A stretch of DNA of 64,000 nucleotides from Antedon mediterranea (lineage: Eukaryota; Animalia; Echinodermata), in NCBI RefSeq assembly GCF_964355755.1, contig NC_092675.1, positions 10,659,812 to 10,723,811 of the forward strand. The letters are read 5' to 3'. Under the pieces are notes generated by a model that made no database searches, was not told where the DNA came from, and was given only the letters and a program-made list of their open reading frames with translations. Position numbers and translations under genes: made by a program. Positions 14,252-26,800 of the stretch are shown here, in pieces (position 1 is the first letter of the stretch; every line of letters begins with the position of its first letter).

Positions 14252-17200
14252 GCATATAACTACCTTACGCTGTGTGGTGTGTCACACATTGTGGCTTCTT
14301 AATTAAACAAATTAATTAACAAACTAGACTCGGGTACCCCGAGTAAAAAGCACGAATGTGCGATACTCGGGGTGGTATGTACAGCAAATGAAGCTGTAAT
14401 GACGTCATAAGACGGGATGTGACGTCACATACACATCAATAACCTACCAAATACGGCTATATGGTACCATTTTCGAGACGTTATATGGCTGCATCCGGTT
14501 TGAAATCTAAAAATCCGGCTCTATAGATTTGAGGACATGTCCCTGTAGTATATTCATGCTAAATCCCAGCTCAATACTACAACTAATAAGGGAGGAGTAG
14601 TACTTTAAAAATTGCACTTTTTACTCAATAGTGTCCAGATGGTGGAGGAGAAAATGAGTAAGTACTAGACTCGGGTACCCCGAGTAAAAACGTTAAATTG
14701 AAGTAACGTTTTAAAATGGCGTAAAATGGCAGCTAGACGGCATGGACCGGGGCAAGTGGTATTTTTCTGAAACGACAGGACCCTACTAGCCCCAACCCAT
14801 GTATCGTGATCCCGGTCCATGCCGTTTATAACGTAATTATAGCCCTATAAATCATACGGTTATATTGCATTTTTTATAAAAAAAAACTTAAATTGTGGTA
14901 ACGTTTTAAAATGGCGTAAAATGGCAGCTAGACGGCATGGACCGGGGCAAGTGGTATTTTTCTGAAATGACTAGACCCTACTCGCCCCAACCCATGTATC
15001 GTCATCCCGGTCCATGCCGTTTATAACGTAATTATAGCCCTATTATATCATGCGTTTATATTGCATTTTTTATTTTAAAAAGCGTTAAATTGTAGTAACG
15101 TTTTAAAATGGCGTAAAATGACAGCTAGACGGCATGGACCGGGGCAAGTGGTATTTTTCTGAAACGACTGGACCATACTAGCCCCAACCCATGTATCGTC
15201 ATCCCGGTCCATGCCGTTTATAACCTAATTATAGCCCTATAAATCATTCGGTTATATTTCATTTTTTATTTAAAAAAATTAAATTGTAGTAACGTTTTAA
15301 AATGGCCTAAAATGGCAGCTAGACGGCATGGACCGGGGCAAGTGGTATGTTTCTGTAATGACTAGACCTTACTCGCCCCAACCCATGTATCGTCATCCCG
15401 GTCCATGCCGCTTATAACCTAATTATAGCCCTATTATATCATGCGTTTATATTGCATTTTTTATTTTAAAAAACGTTAAATTGTAGTAACGTTTTAAAAT
15501 GGCGTAAAATGACAGCTAGACGGCATGGACAGGGGCAAGGGGTATTTTTCTGAAACGACTGGACCATACTAGCCCCAACCCATGTATCGTCATCCCGGTC
15601 CATGCCGTTTATAACGTAATTATAGCCCTATAAATCATTCGGTTATATTGCATTTTTTATTTAAAAAAAATTAAATTGTAGTAACGTTTTAAAATGGCGT
15701 AAAATGGCAGCTAGACGGCATGGACAGGGGTAAGTGGTATGTTTTTGTAATGACTGGACCCTACTCGCCCCAACCTATGTATCGTCATCCCGGTCCATGG
15801 CGTTTATAACGTAATTATAGCCCTATAAATCATGCCGTTTATAACGTAATTATAGCCCTATAAATCATGCGTTTATATTGCATATTTTATTTGTAAAAAC
15901 GTTAAATTGTAGTAACGTTTTAAAATGGCGTAAAATGACAGCTAGACGGCATGGACCGGGGCAAGAGGTATTTTTCTGAAATGACTGGACCCTACTCGCC
16001 CCAACCCATGTGTCGTCATCCCGGTCCATGCCGTTTATAACGTAATTATAGCCCTATATATCATCCGGTTATATTGCATTTTTTATAAAAACGTTAAATT
16101 GTAGTCACGTTTTAAAATGGCGTAAAATGGCAGCTAGACGGCATGGACCGGGTCAAGTGGTATTTTTCTGAAACCACTGGACCCTACTCGCCCCAACCCA
16201 TGTATCATCATCTCGGTCCATGCCGTTTATAACGTAATTATATCCCTATAAATCATTCGGTTATATTGCCTTTTTTATTTAAAAAAAAAAACTTAAATTG
16301 TATAAGTAACGTTTTAAAATGTCGTAAAATGACAGCTAGACGGCATGGACCGCTGCAAGTCGTATTTTCCTGAAATGAATGGACCCTACTAGCCGCAACC
16401 CATGTATCATCATCCCGGTCCATGCCGTTTATAACGTAATTATAGCCCTATAAATCATTCGGTTATATTGCATTTTTTTATTTAAAAAAACGTTAAATTG
16501 TAGTAACGTTTTAAAATGGCGTAAAATGACAGCTAGACGGCATGGACCGGGGCAAGTGGTATTTTTCTGAAATGACTGATCCCTACTCGCCCCAACCCAT
16601 GTATCGTCATCCCGGTCCATGCCGTTTATAACGTAATTATAGCCCTATATATCATCCAATAATATTACATTTTTCATTTAAAAAAAACTTAAATTGTAGT
16701 AACGTTTTAAAATGGCGTAAAATGGCAGCTAGACGGCATGGACCGGGGCAAGTGGTATTTTTCTGAAACGACAAGACCCTACTAGCCCCAACCCATGTAT
16801 CGTCATCCCGGTCCATGCCGTTTATAACGTAATTATAGCCCTATAAATCATCCGGTTATATTGCATTTTTTATTTTAAAAAACGTTAAATTGTAGTAACG
16901 TTTTAAAATGGCGTAAAATGACAGCTAGACGGCATGGACCGGGGCAAGTGGTAATTTTCTGAAATGACTGGACCCTACTCGCCCCAACCCACGTATCGCC
17001 ATCCCGGTCCATCCGTTTATAACGTAATTATAGCCCTATATATCATCCGGTTATATTACATTTTTCATTAAACAAAATTAAATTGTAGTAACGTTTTAAA
17101 ATGGCGTAAAATGGCAGCTAGACGGCATGGACCGGGGCAAGTGGTATTTTTCTGAAATGACTGGACCCTACTTGCCCCAACCAATGTATCGTCATCCCGG

Positions 17201-18273
17201 TCCATGACGTTTATAACGTAATTATAGCCCTATAAATCATCCGGTTATATTGCATTTTTTATTTTAAAAAACGTTAAATAGTAGTAACGTTTTAAAATGG
17301 CGTAAAATGGCAGCTAGACGGCATGGACCGGGGCAAGTGGTATTTTTACGAAATGAATGGACACTACTCGCCCCAACCCATGTATCGTTATCCCGGTCCA
17401 TGCCGTTTATAACGTAATTATAGCCCTATAAATCATACGTTTATATTGCATTTTTTTATAAAAAAAAACTTAAATTGTAGTAACGTTTTAAAATGGCGTA
17501 AAATGGCAGCTAGACGGCATGGACCGGGGCAAGTGGTATTTTTCTGAAATGACTAGACCCTACTCGCCCCAACCCATGTATCGTCATCGCGGTCCATGCC
17601 GTTTATAACGTAAGTATTGCCCTATAAATCATGCGGTTATACATAATACAAAACCACCTGATCATAAACAATAAAATACAATTAGCAATAACAATTTTAG
17701 TAAAAAAAAAAAGTGTCCACGGCCGCTTATATTACGGGACTAATGGTCGCTACCAAATGCACTAATTAGCTGGAAGAACAAACGCCTTTTGAATTGAAAC
17801 GGGAGGAGGTGGCGGCTCACGGCGGAGGTTTTCAACTGTATAAATTGCGATTCGGCGATCCGATCCAATGATGTAAAAAAAATGTTTTTCAGCATGCAGA
17901 GCGCAGCATGCAGTTCTCTTATCTTATCGATAGAGGGCGGCCAGGCTATTGAGACGTTTTTACATTTTTATAAACAGCGCAAAATTTGAAATAATATAGG
18001 GGCCTTGGCTAGGCCAATCTGAGTTTTGAATATGAATTATTCACAAACCCAATCATTAAAAGGTAGGCCAGGTTGAATTTTATACACCAGTGATTTGCTG
18101 TATATTATTATAAAGGTTACTACAAAGTCTGGCACGCATTACTATACTGTATCTGTAGGTTCTCTCTAGGCCTAGTTAATCCCGGCCTAGGGAGGGGACT
18201 AGGCCTAGGCTTTACCAGCCAGTTTAAAAACAATTCACCCGTTGCGCGGCTCTGTGGCCTAGCTAGGACTGGG

Positions 18274-18762
18274 GAATTCGGGACGATTTGGCCCACTTTT
18301 GGTTGGACGATTCGGCTCACTTTTGTTGGGCCGAAACGTCTCACTTAGACCAAATTCATATAGGCCTAGGCTAGGCCTACATTTTTTTGGGTTTTTTATT
18401 TCAAGGTATTTAACAATCCGTATTTATTGATATTGGCAATAATGTTGATATATAGCCTAGGCTAGGCCTACTAGGCCTAACTAATAGATAAAATAAATTA
18501 CTAGGCCTAAATAAATTATTATATTTAATTTATTACTTTGAAAACTTTGTTTATTTTGTGCATTCGCCAAGGCTGTGGTCAACAGAGAGCGTAACTTGTT
18601 TACATTGTTTGCGTGACTAAAAAAATGATCATTTTCGACAATGCCCATTCTCTCTGAAAATAAAGTTTGGGGAAAAAAGTTTATTTATGCTTATAAAATG
18701 CATATCAAAGCCGATAAATATAAGTCTGCCGAATCCTCTCAGGGCCGAATCGTCCCGCTATC
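18274..18762. mobile_element. MITE with subrepeated TIRs (MULE/foldback-like)
   Basis: CGGGACGATTTGGCCC .. GGGCCGAATCGTCCCG; flanks GGACTGGG and GGACTAGG form an imperfect TSD. Confidence 0.55.
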
Positions 18763-19959
18763 GGACTAGGTCCTAGTGGTGGGTTACCATGAAATGAGCT
18801 ATTTCAAGTTCAGTGTGAAAGTACAACTACAGTACTCAGTAGCATTGTCTGGCCTGGCTGGACTAAAGAATTTACTTATTTTATTTCAACCGGTATCGGG
18901 TAACCTATTTTATGATTTGTTTTTCTGATTTTGTTACTTTCCAAAATTCTGCTGGTCATTTTACAGTTTGAAGCTGTGTAAATATCAGTTTAATACCTTT
19001 AGCTTCTTTCTTTGATTTACGTATCATAAACACATGCAATTCATTACCTTATCACATTGTTTCAAGCTTAACACTTTCAAACAAAAATATGAATCACACA
19101 AACACTATGAGAGGAGGCAGCCTATACGAGCAATTACTCTTTGCTTCCTTATTTCATTTAAGATAAGCACCATTTTGTCAATGTTAACTTACACGTGCGT
19201 AGTCCGATCCATTTTGACGTTCTCGTATAACGCAATTTAAAGTTGAAAAGTGAATGAAATTTGATGGAATTGCTAAAGAAACACACTAATCGGGCAAAAT
19301 TAGTGCGCACTGACGTTTAACGCATAGTGTGCGTGCAAAAACTAGCCTAGGTAGGCTTAGTTTTGTAGGCCCGGCTGGTACATCCATAACGTACGAACAT
19401 CATACGCAAGCTATAGGCCTAGCCTGACGTATAGTTGCTGCATTTATTATCTTTTTGTTTTTGACGGACTCCGTTGATACAAATTGGGGGAAACCCAGTA
19501 TTTTTGCCGAAAAGTTAGAAGTCTTCTATTTGTTTTGGCCTCACGATCAATCGAAAAGTGGGTGAATTACAGAAGAAAAACAAAAATATCATCCGCGCGC
19601 AATGCATGTTCAAGGGATTTATAGTGGGCCGCTAAAATTATTAGAATCGCCTTATTTTTCACATTTTTAACCATTTAAAGACGAAAACAGTTAATAGGAC
19701 CATATAGTATTTATTTTTACTTTAATGTAGTTTGTGACCTTAAATTAGATTTAAACAAGAAATATTTCTTACAAAAAACGCTGCTCGACATTTTAAATTT
19801 AATCATTGTTCTTTCTTCAGATATATTTATGATTAATTATTAAAAAGATGTCCTTTAAAAAAATACATACAAATCAAAGATAGTTCTTTAATTATGATTC
19901 ACATGCCCATTTAAAAATAGTCAATTTTGAACTTTTTTGTGCTGTGTGTGTGTGTGACC

Positions 19960-20240
19960 TCAACCTGTTGGCATGCAACTTAATACCCTCTAGAGACAAC
20001 GTGACTTCACAACGGTACAACAAGTTAGGAAAATTCTTCCCAGTCTGTTGATTTGCGTCAACCAATCAAAGGCCGAGAATCCAAAATTGTTCAACCGGGA
20101 GCCCTCATAGACTCTATTTTCCCAGACGTTTTTTAGGTCCAGCAGCTGGGATCTATAAATTATAGTCGAGTTTACAAAGTCGCCAAACTGTCGGCCTTAG
20201 ATACAACTGCTGCTTGCTTTAGCTTCTGAATGAGTAGTCT
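19960..20240 (+). promoter_or_regulatory. Putative CNTLN promoter
   Basis: X-box-like GTTGGCATGCAAC at 19967-19979, CCAAT in aaCCAATca at 20062, TATAAAT at 20154; lies just upstream of the first exons. Confidence 0.35.
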
Positions 20241-20242
20241 TC

Positions 20243-20278
20243 ATGGGACGTACCTGGCTAGAGCCGCAGCATGAAAAC
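20243..20278 (+). CDS. CNTLN: Tentative CNTLN first coding exon (MGRTWLEPQHEN)
   Basis: ATG downstream of CCAAT/TATA-like motifs; donor AAC|GTATGG in phase 0, compatible with 20487-20526. No homology support. Confidence 0.3.
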
Positions 20279-20486
20279 GTATGGAATGGGTCTTTAAGTA
20301 ATATTAACAGTAATAATAATGGTGATCCCAAATAATAATTAATAGGCCTAGCCTAGCTAGACTTATTATATTTAGGAAAAGCCGGAGCCGGACATTAAAA
20401 ATAAAAACAAAGTGCAGGTCTGTGTTTTGTCTTCGGTTACCTTTTACATATGTTGAAGTCACTATCAGAATGTTTTGTTTAAATAG

Positions 20487-20526
20487 CGCGACGACCTCAA
20501 AGTTCTGCTACATCTTTGGATCTGCC
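20487..20526 (+). CDS. CNTLN: Tentative CNTLN second coding exon (RDDLKVLLHLWIC)
   Basis: Acceptor ttttgtttaaatag, donor C|GTTAGT; supplies the phase-1 end that exon 20761 needs. Model only. Confidence 0.3.
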
Positions 20527-20760
20527 GTTAGTTACATAAACTGTTACAGCTACTGTAGGCCTTTGACTTTATACGGTAAATATTGTAATCCTAATAATAT
20601 GTTTAATGATAATGATACAACCAGATTGGTTGTATTGCCATGTGCCTGTTGCAAAATTTGTATCTGGAAAACTTCGAGGAAAAACCACTGGAAACAACCT
20701 TCTACGGCCCGTTTTTATTAATTTATAGATTATACAGAGTATGTGTTTTTTTTTATTTAG

Positions 20761-20822
20761 ATGAAATTGGAAGGTTACAAGTTACAAACCAAGCACTTAA
20801 TGAAGAGTTAACACAACTACAG
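20761..20822 (+). CDS. CNTLN: CNTLN exon ([20 protein letters not shown])
   Basis: ttttatttag| acceptor, CAG|gtagga donor; in frame with the ADKEFVW exon. Confidence 0.85.
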
Positions 20823-23786
20823 GTAGGAATTACATTAAATACTGCAGCCAACTCTCCCAATAATCGCAGGAGTCTTCCAATATTTTGTGTCATCTCCTAT
20901 TTTCCCGCAAAATTAAAATACAATTTCTCTCGATTGTTTAGATATTATTATAAAAAATATCCTCATATTACAACATACACTAATTTATAATTTATACTAC
21001 AGTATCCCAGGTTAGATAGAGATAGTTAAATGGGTTCATAAGATAAATAAATTCATACATTGATGAATAATTACTATTAAAGATGCCAAAATATTTTTCA
21101 TTTTAATAGCGGCCTCTATGGTTTAATGTATTTTTAAAAATGTTATCGCATCCTTTATAGTTTGGACACCTCCCGATATTTAATTTGTTCAAGTTTAGAC
21201 ATCTAGTGTACATATTTAAAATGAAAGCAAGCGTAATGAATAATATTTGCTAGTATATCAATACAATTGAATATAAATCAATGAAATAAAAATAGGCAAA
21301 AAGGGTACAGCAGGCGAATAAAAATGAGTACAATTCAATGTCAATAAATCTATGTTTGTATTTTTGTTGAATTTACACTACAGGCTGACAAGGAGTTTGT
21401 GTGGTCATTATGGAGACGGATGCAGGTTGTAAACCCAAGCATAGCACAAGCTGTTGGAATGGTGGTCCAAAGGTTTACATTAACATTTATGTTTCTATGC
21501 TTAAAGATGTATTGTCCCTTTGACTAATTCCAAAAAAATCATTAAAAAAAAAATATATTTATATATCTTTCTATATTTGCAATATTTTATATCGTAAATA
21601 CAAATTGTAAGTAGTAGTTGTACTAAGGTGACATCGGGTATGAAGCGTCTCACATACGCACAGAGCCAAAATCGCATCTTGGACTTGCACAGTGTATGGA
21701 CTCTAACCTTACGGTTTTCATTAAATATATCATTGCATGCTATCATTCTATATATCTAACTTTCAAACTTTTGCATTCCTCTTTTTTCATTTCATCCTTT
21801 TTATCTTGGTGAAAAGGGAGGATACTACATTTTCCTCCCCTGAGTTTATAGCCTCTCTACTCGAACACAAATAAGATCACAAATAAGATAGTTTAACAAG
21901 AAAATTTTAATCATGTATTTTACCGCCATTTTTCATTTTTACATTTTAATTAACATCGTATCTAAAATTTTAAATGAAAACAAATATTGTTAATACTGAA
22001 TTCAAGCATCTTATTATGTAAATATACCTGTATTTTAACTACTTTAAACACTTACTTTTAATGGTCACAAATGTATGTATATAATATATTCACCAATGAG
22101 AATTTAAATAAACGTGAGATGAACTCACACAAGACAAAAAAAATATATATGTATTTCGAAAAAAATGGGGTCATTTTGAAGTATCATAATAGTTATTAAC
22201 TTTCACCCAAAATTTTTCGAAAAAAAAATCATTTAAAGGGGAATTCTGGGTTTAAAATTGCTTTTAAATATCGTTTATTTATTAAATAAAAAATATTATA
22301 ACAATATAGACATGTCAGAATGAAGAAGTAATAACGAGAAATTAAAAAAATTCATGGAAAGTCTGTTTTTCAGCAGCTTAGGGAAGCTCATTAATATTCA
22401 TGAGATATTCACAAAATCACGTCATCAGTGGATTCCAAACTCGCGACGTCAAGCTTGTACGTTGTGTTCTCTCTCCCCTGTCAACCACCCAATCATTGTG
22501 AAATACATTTTTTGTAGATTTTCTAAGCTAGGCCTAAAGTGTAATAATAACAGTAGTAGCATATATTTATTTGACATTTAATGAAATACAAAATTTAGTA
22601 CAGATTACGGAGTCATAAATTATACTATTTTTATACCTCGAATAGTACAGATCGTATATCGGCTTCACGTACTAGGCTAGGCCTAGCCTAAATCATTTTA
22701 TTCATGGGTGAGAGCCATTTCTGACTAGGGATTCCATGCCACGATGGCTACGTTGAAACATTGGGGCCATCATGGGCCTAGCTAGCCTATTACTAAACGA
22801 TTGGCCCATAAATAACAAAACTCAGTGGATTCCAAACCCATCCTATCAACCAAACTCCTAAACAATCTAAACCTAAAACGTTCTACAAAAATCGGCTGTA
22901 AATATTGAGGCAAAACAAGGTCCGATCGCCGTCCGCACGTATGGTGTCCCGATCGTCTAATAAGTAGGCCTAAAATAGGCCTAGTTTACTCTCCAAAAAA
23001 GCCTGCATCAAGCAAGTAGACCGGTAGTAGGAAGGAGACCTAGCCGATCCGGCCCAGTTAAAAATTGAGCTAGCTAGTGTAGTAGACCCTATGCGAATTG
23101 ATACTACCAGGCCTGTTACTATAGGCGACACTTGTTAAAATTAGCAATACTTATGTTTACAAATATTCCAACTCTCTCATTCGAGCTATATTATCTATAC
23201 CATTCCGGTAGGTCGAGTCGACCTTCAATCAAATACTGTACATCGTTCATGTTGTGATTATAGACGGGGTATACTCGACCCGACCAGTTTGGTATTGTAT
23301 ACTGTATCTGCTTATCACGTGACGATGCCAGGCATGGGCAGAGAGAGCACGTGTATCGTCGTCTCTCGCTCTCCTCGCTCAGCAGGAATGTATACGTTAC
23401 GCTTCATTGATTTTGAAGGCTTTCCCTAAGTGCGAAAATCGGCAAACGTAAAGTGCAAACATATCTAATTTTTCATTGTTTTGATGGATTTTCATAGAAA
23501 ATTGACTTTATAAATGGGAAGACCGACTAAAATTACATCAGATACGTATAATTTTACAAAAGTAATTGATATGGTTAATGATAACGAGTCGTCGGAAGAT
23601 TGAACATTTCACGAATTTCCTATTCTGTAACCACAGTGTGATTTTGCCGTAGCTGCACTTGTAATCTGGCCTCATTTCACAGCCTTCGTTCTGCTTCACT
23701 GGGCGCTTATATAAATTGAAACGTTTACCGTTCAAGAGACAAACAAATATATTTTACATTTTTTACTATTCATTTTAAACCCGGAA

Positions 23787-23818
<32 letters not shown>

Positions 23819-26800
23819 CAAAAATAACTTTGACTTTCATAATGCAAAACGCTTGTTAGGCTACTCTGTATGCATAATCATAAAACTTCCTCGCAATCTG
23901 TTTGAAAACACCTTCTCAACCATGACAAGTTGTAAACAATCCTAATTAGCATCATGCATAATGCATACTTGTGGTTTGAAATCTTTGTTTACTTTTGTTC
24001 GCGACGATTTTCCAGATGAAATGTAATCAAATTAAATTACCTGTTAATTACGTAAACTGGTTGTTTTTGGCTCAAATTTTCGACTTAATTTAAAGAGAAT
24101 AACTTTAATATTACTTTGATATGGCCAATTTAAATTTAGAATATTTTGACCTTCATTTTTTGTTTTAAGGGACAATACATCTTTAATTTAATCATTGGCT
24201 TGTTATTGTCAAGTGTTCAGTTATTTTTCTTAATTTTTTGTTTGTCGCATATTTTTTCTACAGAAGTTAATAACTTGATTAAAACAGCAAAATGGCCTAT
24301 TCAAAGTCTTTTTTCTTTCATGTTTTCGGCGCACAATACTGCAAGTGCAATTTTTTATGCAAGTTGAATTTAGTTATGCTTGTTCTTGCATCTTCATTTT
24401 GCTAGGCGTGACACAAGACTGATCATGTTCAAAAGTCAACCTGTAATGTGCGCCGTCTCTATATATCCTCCTAAATTGTAGCGCTGCTACTGGAAAGAAT
24501 AAGATAGTCTTCCTCATTTTAGCAGCAAATTAATTAAATAAAAGTAATTGTGTTATAATAAAGTAATTTCATTCATGGAACTATGAAATGTTTTATTTTA
24601 TTTTTATCTGCTTCACCTAATAAAATTATTTGTACAATTAATTGCACCCATTAACATTCATTATTTATTGCTTTATTTAATTTGGTGAAAGGAGAAACGT
24701 TCTATTTTCACTCGGCTTTACCTCATGAAATGAAGATGTCAAACATTTATTGCTTTATTATTGTTTTTAAAGGGAAAAAGAAAAGTCGGAAATGAAAGAT
24801 CAAAAAGTTCTTCAAATTTTGCAAGTAAAGGATGATCAAATTGCAGAAAACAATAAGGTAAAATATGTAAATTTGTTATTTTTCTCACGGTCTGTCTCCG
24901 TAAATCATTCATACATGAACTCAAATTGTAATTGGTTTCTTAAGAAATATTTAAAGAAACATTAAAACCGTTTAAAAAACAACAAATATAAGTATTAACA
25001 AATACAAGTTTTTTACATTCTTGGTCAACATGGAATATGATGTACAAAAGTCCAAGGACTTTATCTTTGGAACTCATTGTTGTGATAGCACTATATGTAA
25101 TAATGATTTGTTTTAACTTGAATAGTTTTAAATATTCCAGACGTCTGTACTTATACAATCAGACCTTGATTTATTAAAATATAAGGAAAGCTCCTAATTG
25201 CTCTCCTCAAAGTTTCAAGGAGAGCATTTTGTTTAAAATTTCCCCATAGGCGATTGAAAATTCTTTTTTAATTCTTTGCATATCAATGGATGTAAGACAT
25301 AGAAAATATCTGTCTAAATTTGAAATAAATCCATTGAAAAAAATGTTTATTATTAGGGAGGTCTCGCAACCTTATGAATACGATAATGAAAACGGATATG
25401 TCACACATTTGTGAAACTTTTGAGCTGATCCCCATTTCATATTCGTAAAGCGTATTCGTGTTGACGTATATAACCAGTCATATTCGTAACTACAAAACGA
25501 GTATAGTTTTTGATCTATTTTGCATTTGAATCAGGAATGATTCATGATTATAATATAATTATAGATTATTGAAAGTAATTTACTAAAATGCTAGGTCAAT
25601 TTTGATAAATAGTAGTTTTTAAAGTCCTCACTCGCTTTGATGTTACGCTAGGCCTCGGCAGCAAAACACCAAGCAACACGTACATGTGCTTCGCTCAAAT
25701 TTACCGCAGTCATATTTTTTATGGCGCCCTCAATATTTCGTTGCCATGCAAAACAGATTTTTACTGGCTTACGAAAACGAATACGTGTGCGTGACGTATC
25801 CGTTTTCGTTATCGTATTCGTAAGATTGCAAAACCTCTCTATTGTGACATAGTTTTTGTTTTTTTTAGATTATTGCAGAACTTCAAGAGAAATTGGGTAA
25901 AAGTAGTTCAAGGTAGGGTGGTATTTCTAAACTTATTCCTCTACAGCTAAACAATTTAGAAAATAATAAAGAAAATTTAGGAAAAACTAAATACAAACAA
26001 AATTACTTGATCTGTCTATTTTATTAGTAATGAAAATGCAATTTAAATACATTTTGTCATCAGATCAATTTCAGATTCAGCAAATAAAGAGAAAGTAGAG
26101 GAACTACAAATCAGGAACAAAGAACTTCAACTCAGGAAGGAAGAGACAGAGAGGCTGGTAGGTGTGCAACTCTAATATCGCAATAGATACTTTCCTCTGA
26201 TTTTCCTATTTATTTATTAGGTGATCTTAAAAGATCACCTATGGATATTGTATAAAATCTTTTATTTATTTCTTTGTGTACATATTTTTGTGTACCAATT
26301 ATCAAAGAAAATCTCAATTTTCATAATAACTTTTCCATAATAAACCTAGTCATACGTGTGCGCTTATGTCAACACAGAACTCAACTGAAGGGAACTAGTT
26401 GCGCAAGAGCACTTATGTCAACTTTTGAGCAACTGAACAGAACTAGATGTGCGAGTGGTTATGTCGACACTGGAACTGATTGTAAATAGTTGTGTGCAGT
26501 TACCATAATGTGTGCGCAACGCGATTCATAGTTGTAAGGAACTAGTATGTGTGAGCGCTTATATGGAAACATCAAACTGATTGCTACTACTGGTCACGGT
26601 TAACTTTACTGCACACGTGACACGATTCAAGTTTTCACTTGCGCTCAGTTCCTTTTAACTCGAAAAAATGTGTGCCTTTCAGTTGCAGGCAGTTGATGTT
26701 TTGCTCTTCATACCCTACATGATAAATTGCTTTTATTTCCATAAACTCTAAATGAAACTTAGCAAATCGTGGACTCTGCAATTTGTGTATAAACATACCT

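Larger units (their letters stand above)
13476..14688 (-). mobile_element. Composite Helentron-associated (HINE/DINE-1-like) element: two ~345-bp copies flanking a tRNA-Val-bearing segment
   Basis: Subterminal inverted repeats TACTCGGGGTAC / GTACCCCGAGTA, 3' hairpin GCACATTCGTGC followed by a T-rich end, inserted in a T-run without TSD; copies at 13477-13822 and 14347-14688. Confidence 0.75.
11951..17641 (-). repeat. ~195-bp satellite, right arm in inverted orientation (~23 units, interrupted at 13476-14688)
   Basis: Reverse complement of the 5872-7854 unit, in tandem. Confidence 0.97.

Noticed and set aside
5872-17641. Foldback (FB/TU-type) transposon with tandem-repeat arms
   Set aside because: The outer ends do not mirror each other, there is no TSD, the centre is an ordinary LINE, and the in-register breakpoints fit an inversion better.
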